Source of the DNA: Piedraia hortae CBS 480.64
Lineage: Eukaryota
Direction of reading: 5' to 3'
DNA length: 64,000 nucleotides
Assembly (NCBI GenBank): GCA_010093745.1
Contig: MU005972.1
Span: forward strand, 135,170-199,169
Every line of letters starts with the position of its first letter. Position 1 is the stretch's first letter. The position numbers and the translations under genes are program-made. Positions 23,410 through 34,987 of this stretch are shown here, one piece after another. Below the pieces are notes generated by a model, which searched no databases, was not told the origin of the DNA, and saw only the letters and a list, made by a program, of their open reading frames with translations.

Positions 23410-23911
23410 TATCGCGGGATATGGTATGCCAAGTCATTGCCTTGCCATAAGTGGTAGAATATCTGCTTTTAAGCCTTGTTGCCAGCGTGATTGGAAGAGT
23501 GGCCGTTGACATTACTGGCATGCGATTGGACGGCTGAAAATCACGCTTATATTACATCCAACTTGTGATTGGTCACCCAAATTCCAGGCGAAGCATTAAC
23601 AAAGGTTCGTTTATATGACCAGTTTGGAAAACGTCCACTTCTTGTTGGATCTAGCAAGCAAATCGGGAATACGCTGGCTTGTGATTTTCCTGTAGGGCTC
23701 AACTACGTAAACCTGTCAAATGTAACCTGATCAATCTAACTACTCGTCAAATTAAACAGAACACTACTAGTGTTCTGTTTTTGAAAATCTTTTGTAGGCG
23801 GTCAATCTGCATGACATCCGAGCAACGTCTGTGGCTGAAGATGCAAGCCACAACTAATGACGTCCATGATCAAATCTGACTGGCTGGTCGTACAACGTAT
23901 GAACCACTCGT

Positions 23912-24146
23912 GTTGCCTAAAAGAGTTAGGATGGCTCTCGGATGCCACCACTAGAGAGGGTTTGCAGCTCGGCCCCATTTCCGTTTCCATTACGTTTTCC
24001 ACTTTGAAATTACCAGGTTGGGAAGGTGGGTTGGAAACGGAATCGCATTTCCACATAGTAGAAACACGATTTCTTACCTGATACAGTAATGCGGAACTAA
24101 AGCCGAAATGGAAACGGAAACGGAAACGAGCTGTAAAACCTCTCTA
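23912..24146. mobile_element. 235-bp non-autonomous MITE (hAT-like termini)
   Basis: 20-bp TIR TAGAGAGGGTTTGCAGCTCG / CGAGCTGTAAAACCTCTCTA (2 mismatches), inner TTTCCGTTTCCATT / AATGGAAACGGAAA, repeated AAACGG. Confidence 0.7.
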
Positions 24147-24726
24147 CTTCCAAGCAGAATCTCTCTACAGCTGCTACCTCAACAACGCACGATAACCTTT
24201 TGGGACCCGATACGACATGGATGCTTACCGAAAACAGCATAAAGAAATATAGCGTTATTAGATAGATTACTGTTGCGGGGACATCCTAGTCTCCTGTTGC
24301 CAGGTTAGTGACAATCTAATATATATGGTGTACGCATCTTGAACAGGGCGCTAAGCCATAAAGGACCTGGTTTTGCACCCACTTTTAGATCTGCCTTCTG
24401 CCACACATCTGGGGAACGGGTGCTAATTTATTTTTAGTTTACCCTTTTCAAGTTCTATCGACTGATCTGCGTCATTGAGATAATCTCACTGAACCATTTT
24501 GTTTGTAGACAACCTGGTTGGTGTCTCGCACCATGCACTGGAACAACATAGCAGCTAAGTCAACGAATCGACTCAATAGAACTCGAGATCTGTCGTCATA
24601 GTGTGGAAGACAGATCGGCCCCACCCGTAACCCCCGGTGCACGACAGGGGTCATGGTGACTCGACGCCACCACCAGTTAACCAGCATGGACGTCTTTTCC
24701 CTTTCCAACTCTCTCTCTCCACCATC

Positions 24727-26694
24727 ATGTCATATATGCCGCGGGCTTCTAGCGCCGCTGGCACCGTCCGGTCGTGGAATACAAACTGGTCCGGACAGAC
24801 CGATGACAGCTACTGTTTACAACCGCGTCCACTAGAAGAACTCGAGCATGCTAGGCTCCGCTCAGAGTCTGTTGCCGAGTTTCCCTGGATTGACGATGGC
24901 TACGAACCCATCCGAACCAGCCCTCGGCCGGCTCAGAGACACGGCGATTCAGAGATCAAGCGCAATTTGACCACGCGCTCCGTTCGCGATATTCCTCGAG
25001 AAAGTATTGTGGACCTGCACCTGATTGTCTCGGACCTTGATTACTATGCTGGTGCAGTGCACGACTACCAGGAGGAAGAGGAGCTTTGGGCACAAGAAGA
25101 AGACTTGTTATTAGAGGAGAACGGGGGCGAGTGGCCGTTGCCGGAAAACAGCGATGGGCAGACATTTGGCCAGATCCAAATTATAAGAAACGGGACCGTC
25201 AAGCTCAACCGTGACGGCACCATCAAGCGTGGAGTGTCGACGCGGTCGAAGAAAGGAGAGTCTGACATCAATCTGGTAACTTGGGACGGCCCAGACGACC
25301 CGGACAACCCGAAGAACTGGCCCAAAAATAAAAAATGGGCCGCCACAATTACCGTCTCGCTCTTTACCTTCATTTCACCCGTTTCCAGCTCCATGATTGC
25401 GCCTGCCATTGCAGATTTGATGGAAGATTTGCACGTAACAAGCCCCTTGCAGGGACAACTCGCCCTGTCGACCTTTATCCTGGCTTTTGCCTTTGGGCCG
25501 CTGCTATTGGGTCCACTGTCGGAGCTGTTTGGGCGGCGGATTGTCTTGCAGCTTAGCAACGCCTTCTACATGGTCTTCAATCTCCTCTGTGCGTTTTCTC
25601 CCAACGTTAGCATGCTCATCGCCTGCCGATTCTTGTCAGGTTTGGGCGGCAGCGCACCCATGGGCATCGGGGGCGGCGTACTGGGCGATATTTGGCCACC
25701 CCAGGAACGTGGCAAGGCCATGGCGTTATACTCTCTCATGCCGCTACTTGGTCCCGCCATTGGCCCCATTGCAGGAGGATTTATCGCCGAATACGCATCT
25801 TGGAGGTGGGTGTTTTACTCTACCTCAATAGCGGCCCTTGCCATCCAGGGCATCGGCTTCTTCTACCTCCGCGAATGTTACGCTGCAGCGATTCTCGATC
25901 GCAAGAAGAAGCAACTCATACGCATCACTGGCAATAAGGAGCTGCACACTGAATTCGACAACCCTTCTCGTAAATTCACCCAGCACTTGGCAACGGCAAT
26001 GAAGCGTCCGCTGAAGCTCATTACCACCCAGCCCATTGTCCAGGTCTTGGCCGCCTATATCGGCTACGTCTACGGCGTTCTCTACCTCGTACTCGCCAGC
26101 TTCCCGGCCCTGTGGGAGGCTCCACGACCGGGCCAAGACACCGGCCTGCCCAACTACGGGGAGAGACCAGCCATTGCCGGCCTCAATTACATCTCCCTAG
26201 GTCTAGGCTTCTACATCGGGACTCAGATCGCAGCCCGAACGGCCGACAAGATCTACAAAAAACTCAAAGCCAAGCACGGATTAGGCCGCAGCGAATTTCG
26301 CGTTCCGCTCATGTTCCCCGGCGCGATAATGGTTCCCATCGGCCTGCTGATATATGGCTGGTCAGCGCAAACCAAAGCGTTTTGGATCGTTCCAAACATT
26401 GGCATTGCCATCTTTGCCGCTGGCAACCAGCTCGTCTTCCAAAACTGTCAAACATATATCGTAGATTCATACACCCGCTTCGCAGCATCTGCCATTGCGG
26501 CCACCACGGTCTTCCGCTCCCTTGGAGGGTTCGGTTTCCCGCTGTTTGCGCCGTATATGTACCAATCATTGGGCTACGGTTGGGGCAATACGACATTGGC
26601 GTTTTTGGGCGTCGTGATTGGCTTCCCGGCCCCTTGTATCCTCTGGTGGTACGGCGAGACTTTGAGGAAGAAGAGTAAATTTGCGGCTGGATAG
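24727..26694 (+). CDS. MFS DHA1-family drug:H+ antiporter
   Basis: VTWDGPDDPDNPKNW, GPLSELFGRR, ERGKAMA, GPAIGPIAGGF, SWRWVF; about 12 TM helices. Confidence 0.92.
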   Translation: MSYMPRASSAAGTVRSWNTNWSGQTDDSYCLQPRPLEELEHARLRSESVAEFPWIDDGYEPIRTSPRPAQRHGDSEIKRNLTTRSVRDIPRESIVDLHLIVSDLDYYAGAVHDYQEEEELWAQEEDLLLEENGGEWPLPENSDGQTFGQIQIIRNGTVKLNRDGTIKRGVSTRSKKGESDINLVTWDGPDDPDNPKNWPKNKKWAATITVSLFTFISPVSSSMIAPAIADLMEDLHVTSPLQGQLALSTFILAFAFGPLLLGPLSELFGRRIVLQLSNAFYMVFNLLCAFSPNVSMLIACRFLSGLGGSAPMGIGGGVLGDIWPPQERGKAMALYSLMPLLGPAIGPIAGGFIAEYASWRWVFYSTSIAALAIQGIGFFYLRECYAAAILDRKKKQLIRITGNKELHTEFDNPSRKFTQHLATAMKRPLKLITTQPIVQVLAAYIGYVYGVLYLVLASFPALWEAPRPGQDTGLPNYGERPAIAGLNYISLGLGFYIGTQIAARTADKIYKKLKAKHGLGRSEFRVPLMFPGAIMVPIGLLIYGWSAQTKAFWIVPNIGIAIFAAGNQLVFQNCQTYIVDSYTRFAASAIAATTVFRSLGGFGFPLFAPYMYQSLGYGWGNTTLAFLGVVIGFPAPCILWWYGETLRKKSKFAAG

Positions 26695-27116
26695 GCCTTT
26701 TTCCGTCGAAGTTGATATGGTTTAGCGGGTGTGTAGTTCCTGGGTCTTATACAGTACATATTTTGTAACTAGTGTCTTTTTGAGGCGTTTGAGCTCAAGA
26801 CGTTCTTATCTTCATGTGTGAATTGTTGGAAGAAACCCCGAGATCTCCCTACCCCGGGAGCGATCCGCAAGAGCCGATGAACCCAATTTTCCACCTCAAC
26901 TCCATTCTCTGGAAAAGAAGTACCTGGCTGTCCCTCAATAACCAGGTATCTACAGTCTGCTTAGGAAAGAAAAAAAAAAAGTCAGGCTAAAGGGCTAGCT
27001 ACCGATGCAACAGGACAAAACAAGGGAAACCGTTAACCCGAGCAATATTCTCTTCCCATTTCATGCTTGAGAAGAAAAGACAAGGAAAAAAAAAAAGAAG
27101 AAACAGTTATTCATTC

Positions 27117-29028
27117 CTACTGCTCCTTGCTTTCGGGTGACACGGCTATCCCGATTTCCGTCGAATTCGAATTGGTGACGGCGGTGTGAGGCCTTGAAGT
27201 GTAGCCGTTCGCAGATGGAGGCGGACCGCCGCGAGAGGCCAGACTTCGTGCTAACGTTGGGCTTGTGCGTCCTTCTCGGGGAACGGCAGCCACAGGCGTA
27301 ACACCGCCCTTGACCCTCTGGCGTGAACCAGGGAGGTTCTTCAGCCTTGTGGTGCGCCAGGTTTCGTAAAAGGACTTGCGAGACAGCTCCCGCAGCTCGT
27401 CACGCCACTCGGAGAAGATGCTCTCGCGCAGGCGAGGGAAATCGCAGTGCGCTGGGTCAAAGGGCGATGCGGTCCCCCATGCGTACCTTCGCCCTGGCTT
27501 ATCGTTGGGGTTCGCGTAACGGTCTGGGGAGAGCACAGACATGGGGAGATAAGGGAGCTCAGCGCCGTTCGCGAGGATCATCGAGTTGCGGTTGTTCGTG
27601 TTCCTGCGTTTGAGACCGGGCTTTTTCTCCTCGTCCTCTTCGCTGCTGCTATTGCTGCTGGTGCCTTCAGACGCGTCCTGGAACTCATCTTCTTCTTCAT
27701 CCTCCTCCGAGCTTTCGCCTTCGAGGTCAAGCGCATCTAGAGGGTCGAGCTTTTCCCTTTCCATGCACATCCAAACAGCGCGTTTGAGGTGCTCCATGTG
27801 GGGGATGGTAAGGGTATCGGCTTTGGAAATCAGTGGGATTATAACCGTTTTGCCCCAGAGTGCGCGCAGAGTCTGAAGGTCCACTTCGTCCAGGGCTGCT
27901 CCCACAGGTGACCTTTCAGCATTGTCATCCAAGTGTTGCGGGTCGAGCAGGAGAAAGGTGGCGTGGATGTGAGTGTCCTTTGCACCTGGACTACGCATGA
28001 GCTTCTGCTCTTCGACAAAAGTCTCTTCAAACTTGAATTCAACAAACGCCGACAACTCACGCAGCTGCAAGTCGATGAGATCGGCTTCGAGACCGACAGA
28101 GTCATACAGCGTTATGCCGATGCGTTCGTTGGATATTTCTGTCTCAACAAAATGTCCGATGAAGCCGTTTACGTGGCGGGGCTTGTCCACAGCCGGCGTG
28201 GTTGCGGTAACTGGAGAATTGGCCGTGGTCCTGGATGAAACGGCAAAGGCGTTTCGGAGAAAAGAAATCAGAGTGGTCTTGCCACTTCCCTTGGCACCGA
28301 TGACAAGGATATTGAACGGAGTAGGCTCCTTCTTGCGTCGCATACGACGCGGGAGGGAATTTGTGCCAAAAGAGGGACTCATGCTAACCGCACGATCCAT
28401 GGGGGTGTTGTGTTGCTGAGGGATTGGCGGCGGAGGAGCTTTGGGAAGCTGCGGAATCCCCTGCTGAGAGGACATCGACAAAGGACCGGGACGCGAGAAG
28501 TTTGCTGCCGGCTGCACAGGCTGTGGGACACGCGACGGAGGCTGCGACGGCTGCGATGGCGGCTCGTTCATGTTGAAGATTGAATACGAGTCCGGACGCG
28601 GTTGATCAACAGAAAGGGAGCCTAACTGGGGAAGCGGGTTGATGGACTGCAAACGCGGCGGTTGTCTGGACAGAGAGGAAGCTACGACCTCGCGGGTGAG
28701 TCGCTCCTGCTCCTCGCGTGCCTGCTGCTGACGCTGGCGCGAGTGTTTGCGCAACATAGTCCTACTATTTCCCTCACCGCTCCACTTGCGCACGTGAGCA
28801 AGGCGGGACGAGGGATGACCACGCGCGTCTTCTTCGTCGCGCGATGGCCGGGTGGCGCGGCGGAAAAATGGAAAGGTGCGGGAGTCGTGGGAGTGGTGGG
28901 AGTGGTGGGACTTGTGGGATTCGGAAACGGAAGGAGCAACAGTGGTGGCCATATCTGGAAAAACGAAAATGAAAAAAAGGCGGGAAATGTGATAAACGGG
29001 CGGGAAGACGCGGGCGCGTACTTAGCAT
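27117..29028 (-). CDS. Divergent septin-family GTPase (group 5/AspE-like); possible 7-nt first exon 29022-29028, otherwise start 28952
   Basis: FNILVIGAKGSGKTT P-loop, DTHIH, IIPLISKADTLT, GRRYAWG and HCDF..LR septin motifs. Confidence 0.85.
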
Positions 29029-29500
29029 GGTTTGTACCTGGCCATCGCCCGGGGTTTCATTTCGTTTCATCTGTGACGTGTAAGCGCATATTGCTCGAGC
29101 TTACACGCCGCAACCACGCGGAAAAAGACCTGGGCGAGGGGTCTGGTGAACTATGATTATCGCGTCTCCACCATTAAGCTTTCCAGGCCTGCATCGCCCG
29201 TGAACGATGTTGGGGGGCTACAGTAGCAAACATGTCCAGGGCTCCAGGGACAGATCGTACTAGCCGTTGAGCGTTAGCCCGCACCGACCTGCCCATGGCC
29301 TGTTGACAGACGTTGCATGTTCTGAGCAATTGCCCCGACGAGCTGTCATAGCGCTGTCCCATGACCGCCCTTGGTCAACGCTCGAATCGGTGAGGGTTAC
29401 GCAACCTTCACTAGTTGTGCAGTCTAGAGCTGCATTCACGTATTAGCTGTCATACTATCTGCCAACGCCCAAGCCGTGCGACACTAAATACAAGCGAGAA

Positions 29501-30472
29501 CTAGTCCATCTTGGGCCTCTTGTTGCCGTTACCCGCGCTATTCACGTATTCGCTCCCGGTAAAGCCCCCATAGTTACCGTTCCACCCTCCTCTGTTCATG
29601 CCCATGTTGCCCCGCATGTTGGCCATGGGATTGAAGCCGCCTCTCATCATGCCCATGCCCATGCCGTTGACCATGCCGCCTCTCATATTGTTGTAGCCCA
29701 TCATCATCATGGGATTGTTGAATGCGGCAAAGTTACCCCAGCCTTGCTGTTGTTGGTTCCTCTGCATCATGGGGTTGTTAAAAGCTGCTCCGCCGCGGGG
29801 CACGAAACCACCTCTCTGGTTTGCAAAGCCTCCCCTGCCGTAGCCTCCTCCCCTCGACACATTGTTCTGCATCATCGTATTGCCGCCCCAGTCCTTCCGC
29901 GTGCCGCCAGCAGCGCTCTTGTACGGGTTACCGACTGGAGCGAAATTGGCCGTAAACGGCGTCTGGCGGGCAGGGGCGCCCTCCTTTTGCTCGCTCCTGG
30001 CATCGATTTCGCGTTTGACTGCGGTTGACGCCTGGACCGATGTGAATTCTAGATAGGCCTCGCCTTTGCTCTTGCCGTTGATCTTGTGCTCGCCAAAGCT
30101 GAGGTCGATTAATTCGGCTTCGGCTTTGACGGAGGCGCAAATCGCGCGCAGGTCGTCCTCGGAAGTCGCCCAGTGCAGCTCACACACTTTGAGCGCAGGA
30201 AAGGCGCTAGGATCGACTGGCCTATCGTCATACTCCTCTTCGTTGTCGCCGTACGGTTCTTCGGGCGGCGCTTTGCGCTTGGTACCGCTACCGCCGACGC
30301 TTGCATCGGCCTCTTGATGGCCACCTACTTGGAGAAGGTTCGAGTCACCGGTCGGCTCCGACTCTGAATGCACATTCTGTTGTAGACCCTCTGCGTTGTT
30401 TCCGGGCTGCGGTTGGTCGGGCTCGGGCTGGTCGCCGTAAATGTCGATTTCAAAAGTGTCCTCTTCGGACAT
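29501..30472 (-). CDS. RRM protein, CFIm68/CPSF6-like, with RGG/M/N-rich tail
   Basis: IDIYGD N-terminus; LHWATSEDDL..FGEHKINGKSKGEAYLEF. Confidence 0.75.
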   Translation of the reverse strand: MSEEDTFEIDIYGDQPEPDQPQPGNNAEGLQQNVHSESEPTGDSNLLQVGGHQEADASVGGSGTKRKAPPEEPYGDNEEEYDDRPVDPSAFPALKVCELHWATSEDDLRAICASVKAEAELIDLSFGEHKINGKSKGEAYLEFTSVQASTAVKREIDARSEQKEGAPARQTPFTANFAPVGNPYKSAAGGTRKDWGGNTMMQNNVSRGGGYGRGGFANQRGGFVPRGGAAFNNPMMQRNQQQQGWGNFAAFNNPMMMMGYNNMRGGMVNGMGMGMMRGGFNPMANMRGNMGMNRGGWNGNYGGFTGSEYVNSAGNGNKRPKMD

Positions 30473-30642
30473 TTTAGATCATTGTACTGCGGCCGCCACG
30501 GGTCAGTTTTTCGAGCACAGACGAGCGGAGCACAACCTACCGAGGGAATCGGGTAAGCAAGGTGTCGAGTCGCTGTTGATCGGCCGAAAGGGGGAGCGGC
30601 CGCAACTTCCCCACATTCTGCCATCCGGCCGCTGGAAATCAA

Positions 30643-31521
30643 ATGTGCGGCTTCTGGGCCCTTTTGGAGCCCGGAGACGTTCGTGCGCAGAGACGCAACG
30701 GGAACCTAGAGTCACTGTCATGTCAGCTGTCACAGCCCTTGTCACAGCAGCCGCCTTCGCAGGCCCCTCACCCAAAACAGCCGCCAGACGGTCTCCTCTC
30801 CCCTGCGGCTCGCAGAGACAGACAAAACAACGCCTTCTACACTGGCGTCGCAGGAACCGTCTTCTCCGCGCTTCTCACGCGTCGCGTTATAAGGGCTAAG
30901 CGGTTGCCCTTTCCTTCCACTTCAACCTCCGGCGTCAATTCTGAGGCGCCCGGAGTTGGCGCAAGCAAAGCACACGTACCAAACATCAAAGTGCTTTCCG
31001 GTATAGATGCAATCCAGGCTCTGGGGCTGGCCACACTGAATGTTTGCTCAATAGCAACCCTCATTTTTGGCGCCGTCGCAAAGATCTTTGACCTAGCAGA
31101 AGTCGAAGACCTGCGACATCTCGTTCGCAGAGGCGTAGGGTACGATGTTTACGGAGGAGATGCGAAGGGGGATGAAGAGGTAGAGCAATGGTTGGAGAGT
31201 TTGCTAAAGGAAGGCGGGATATCAAAGGAAGGAATTGAGAGCAAATTGCGGGAGCTGGAACGGGAAGAGCGGAAGTCCAAAGGCGCTCCCAGCCCAGAAC
31301 CTGTACGGATAGTGGAGCAACTGCACCATTCAGAGACGGGGAAACTGCGACCCACCCAAGACTCGGCAAACCCATACGTTAACGGAACCAAAAAGTGGGA
31401 TGGGAGGACACTTTGCACAAGATGCGGCCAGGTAGGCCACACTGCCGTAAATTGCCTGTATGCCCCTCTCAAGGAGCGAGAACAGAGTATACTCAGACAG
31501 ATGGTGGAGAGGAGAAGGTGA
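30643..31521 (+). CDS. AIM11: AIM11-like mitochondrial membrane protein with C-terminal CCHC zinc knuckle
   Basis: AIQALGLATLNV..FDLAEVEDLR core; CTRCGQVGHTAVNC. Confidence 0.7.
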   Translation: MCGFWALLEPGDVRAQRRNGNLESLSCQLSQPLSQQPPSQAPHPKQPPDGLLSPAARRDRQNNAFYTGVAGTVFSALLTRRVIRAKRLPFPSTSTSGVNSEAPGVGASKAHVPNIKVLSGIDAIQALGLATLNVCSIATLIFGAVAKIFDLAEVEDLRHLVRRGVGYDVYGGDAKGDEEVEQWLESLLKEGGISKEGIESKLRELEREERKSKGAPSPEPVRIVEQLHHSETGKLRPTQDSANPYVNGTKKWDGRTLCTRCGQVGHTAVNCLYAPLKEREQSILRQMVERRR

Positions 31522-31563
31522 ATAATGTACATAATAGCGCAGTCCCCCCTTTAATGTCTAAAC

Positions 31564-32096
31564 TCAAGTGTATTTTTGCGCCGCACTCTGGCAAGCCCGG
31601 AGCTGCTCGAGGTAGTAGGCGCAAATGTTCAAATCGCCCTGGTTCTGGTCCATGCACTGGCGGAACTGCAGGACATCACGTTCACACACGCGGTTCCCAC
31701 CCATCTCCGTGTTAGAGGCCGAGGCTGCGTTGTTGCCATTGTAGTAGTCCATCTGTTGTTGCTGCTGCTGGGCTGCTGGCTCGGCCGAGCTGCCTCCGCT
31801 AAAGAGCCCTCCGATGGCATGGCCGATTGAAGACCCTACAGCTACGCCACTACGCCTATCAGCAGCGTTTCTACGATGGAAAAGGAAACTACTTACGCGG
31901 CGGTACTGGCCATTTGCCCAAACAGGCCCGGAGATTGCTGCTGGGCCTGAGGTGGGTGGGCATGTTGCTGCTGAGCTGGAGGATACGCAGCGGTCGATGC
32001 TTGACGCTGGGGCTGTTGAGCAGGCGGAGGAGCCGCGCGAGCCGGAGCAGCAGAAGGACGTTTTGGAGGGGCGGAGCTACGCGATTGACGAGGCAT
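31564..32096 (-). CDS. MIX17: Mitochondrial IMS twin CX9C protein Mix17/CHCHD2; one intron at about 31850-31896
   Basis: PGLFGQMASTAA|GVAVGSSIGH; C-X9-C..C-X9-C. Confidence 0.92.
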
Positions 32097-32304
32097 ATTG
32101 TTCGAGTGACAGGTGTTCGGTGTTGTATGATAATGTTGTTGTGGTCACGGAGCATTGCCCTTGCCGAGGGTATCGTTTAGTCAATACATTGATGAGCTTC
32201 GATTAATGAGATCATTGAAGCCATGGGCAGACTACACATCCACAACGGTTCACAAGCCCATGAGAACCATTGAGGATATAGTATCTACTCGAGCTAGAAG
32301 TCAT

Positions 32305-33096
32305 CTATTCCTCCTCTTCTTCGCCGCCTTCTTCACCTTCATCGCCCTTCTCAGCGGCCTTGGCCTTCTTTCTCTTCACACGGCCGGGACGCCCGCCACC
32401 GAACGGCGAAGTGAGGGCAAAGTCAATGTGCTTCTGCGAATCAAGACGGACAATGAATGAAGGCACGTTGACGATCTGCTTCCCGACACTAGTCAATAGT
32501 CAGTAGGAGAAGTGAATCATCTGTTAAGACACTAACCGAATATGGCGCTGGCGAATGAGCACACGGGCGTGATGGATGGACTTGGCGAGGCCCAGCTTGT
32601 AGACACACGTCTGCAGACGACGCTCGAGAAAGTCCTCGATTTTGAGCGCCAGGACGTAGTCGAGCCTCATACGAGACTCGTCAAGCACACCAACGCGCAC
32701 GAGACGGCGAATGAGCGCATTGCCCTCAAACAAGCGCTTCGGGTCCTTCTCTTCCAGAGTAAGAAGCTCACTGTATATGTGTTAGACACGGCCGGAAGAT
32801 ATTTCGTATTCCATACCGAGCCGCACGACGGATCTTGGACAGCTGAAGCTGGACGCGCCACACTTCGCGCTTATTGCGCAGTCCGTACTCGCCGACAATC
32901 TTCAACTCTGCATCCCTACGTGCCGGTTAGACCGTGACTTGAGAGGAGCACGCTCACACTCAGTGGCCATGGGGATACTAACAGGCGAGCCGACTCAAAG
33001 GGGCGGCGGGGGACCTTGTAGGTCTTGGAATAGCTGCGACTGCGTTTTTTAGATAAGCCGCGGTGTAGTGAGGCGTGTATAGACTTACGGCGCCAT
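32305..33096 (-). CDS. RPS9: 40S ribosomal protein S9 (uS4), multi-intron
   Basis: [58 protein letters not shown]. Confidence 0.97.
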
Positions 33097-33240
33097 GCTG
33101 CTACTGCTATTGTTGAGGTGCAGACCAAAGTGTCGGACTGAAAACTGAAATCAAAGTGGGCGGGATTAGCCGAGTTCTTGGCACGCGCACCACAATTGCG
33201 CTCCACTTGCACCTGCACCACACTCGCAACAACTCTCGCA

Positions 33241-33811
33241 ATGGGTCATTCCGCCGGTCTCAGAGCGGGCACTCGCTATGGTAAGTCGGCCTACGTTGGC
33301 AAGATGTAGCTAATTGTCCAGCCTTTTCGCGGGATTTTAAGAAGAAGGGCATGATCCCTCTCTCGACGTATCTGAAGCAATACCGTGTTGGGGATATAGT
33401 AGATGTCGTCGCCAATGGCGCAGTCCAAAAGGGCATGGTATGTGCACCAAATTGGCCTTCTCAGCTTGGGTCTGACCCGTTTAGCCTTACAAAGTCTACC
33501 ACGGCAAGACTGGGGTCGTGTACAACGTCACGCAGCGCGCTGTTGGCGTCATCCTCTACAAGCAGGTTGGCAATCGCTACATGGAGAAGCGCATCAATGT
33601 ACGGATCGAGCACGTGCGCCACTCGCGCTCAAGGGAGGAGTTTTTGCACCGCGTCAAGGAGAATGCGGAGAAGAAGCGTGCGGCCAAGGCAGAAGGCAAG
33701 GTCCTCCACCTCAAGCGCCAGCCTGCACAGCCACGCAAGGCACACATTGTCAAGACAACGAACAACAAGCCCGAGACGATCACGCCGATCCCGTACGAGA
33801 CGACGATTTAG
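33241..33811 (+). CDS. RPL21: 60S ribosomal protein L21 (eL21), two introns
   Basis: [52 protein letters not shown]. Confidence 0.97.
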
Positions 33812-33941
33812 ATAATCCTGCTGCTTCGTCATGTCAGTTGTGCCTGCATCTACTAGACTCTAGCGGAAACGTGTGTTGTGAGTTGTGTGTCTGCGTAAAT
33901 GCATGAGTGAGTATCCGATGTCTCCGCGAGTATGATAGCGA

Positions 33942-34979
33942 GTGGATACAACGTCTTGGAGGGACGACCGACTCTTTTCCACTCCAACGCAAACACAATC
34001 GATGGAGAAGGCCGTACCGTCAAAGCCTCGTAAACAGGTGCACTACACTGTCCTTGTTCGTCTTCCCTTTCCGCGCCCGCCCAGTTTTGTAGATCCACCG
34101 TCCATAGAGTGGAATGCGTCCAAAGACGCCCATCTCTGGAAGCTCGTATCAAGCAGAAACCCCAACATCAACTGGTCGGCGACAGCCGCCGAGCTTAACG
34201 TCAGCCTACCGTTCCTCCTGCAGCAAGCGGCATGGCTGTCCGAAAAGCATTTCGAAGGCGTCAGGAAGCAGATGCAGCGGCTGGGCGTGACGACGACCAG
34301 CGCGGCGTTGTCACCGGCAATACCCTCCAATGCCGATGGCGGCTGGGGAGACAAGGGAAGTGTTATTGAAAGGTCGCCGTCCAGCTTGACCGTCACACAG
34401 GGCAACATTGCCGCTGTGTCTACGGCTGGTGGACGGCAGCCAACAGTCACTCGTGCTGTGAGAACGCGACCGTCTACAAGGGAAGACGAGTACATTCAGG
34501 GCCACGAAGAGCCAACATCAGACGAAGAAGAACGAGACGATGATAACGACCCGCCGTCACGTAATAAACATAGGACAGCGACATTTATACCGTCCATCAG
34601 GGCGGAGGCTGAGGACGAAGATTCCAGCGGAGCCTCGCTCCCGTCTGAAAACAAGGCAAAGGGTAAACGAAAGCTTCGGGCTATCCATCCGCCCACTGAG
34701 CCTTCGTCCGATTCTACCACGTCGCCGCCGCAGTCCACAGCCTCTCGTCCGGACACTTTATCGCCCAGACACCGCTCACAACTTACAAAAGCAGCACTGT
34801 CGGACGGAACAACGACTCCCAGCATGGAAAGCAGCTTCAGCGATCTCGACGACGCAAGCGTCACGCAGTCTGCCTTGGAAGAGGCGTTGCTGAGCAACAT
34901 GCAGGCTGGGAGGGGCTCGATGAGCATTGGCAGCCGACTAGGCAGCCTACGGGATGTGTTTGGAGCAGGTGGGAGATAG
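33942..34979 (+). CDS. ATG29: Autophagy protein Atg29
   Basis: YTVLVRLPFPR..FVDPP..W..LPFLLQQAAWL; C-terminal PSMESSFSDLDDASVTQSALEEAL. Confidence 0.88.
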   Translation: MDTTSWRDDRLFSTPTQTQSMEKAVPSKPRKQVHYTVLVRLPFPRPPSFVDPPSIEWNASKDAHLWKLVSSRNPNINWSATAAELNVSLPFLLQQAAWLSEKHFEGVRKQMQRLGVTTTSAALSPAIPSNADGGWGDKGSVIERSPSSLTVTQGNIAAVSTAGGRQPTVTRAVRTRPSTREDEYIQGHEEPTSDEEERDDDNDPPSRNKHRTATFIPSIRAEAEDEDSSGASLPSENKAKGKRKLRAIHPPTEPSSDSTTSPPQSTASRPDTLSPRHRSQLTKAALSDGTTTPSMESSFSDLDDASVTQSALEEALLSNMQAGRGSMSIGSRLGSLRDVFGAGGR

Positions 34980-34987
34980 AATATAGT

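Noticed and set aside
24727..26694. Secondary-metabolite gene cluster around the MFS transporter
   Set aside because: No PKS, NRPS, terpene synthase or tailoring enzymes nearby; the neighbours are housekeeping genes
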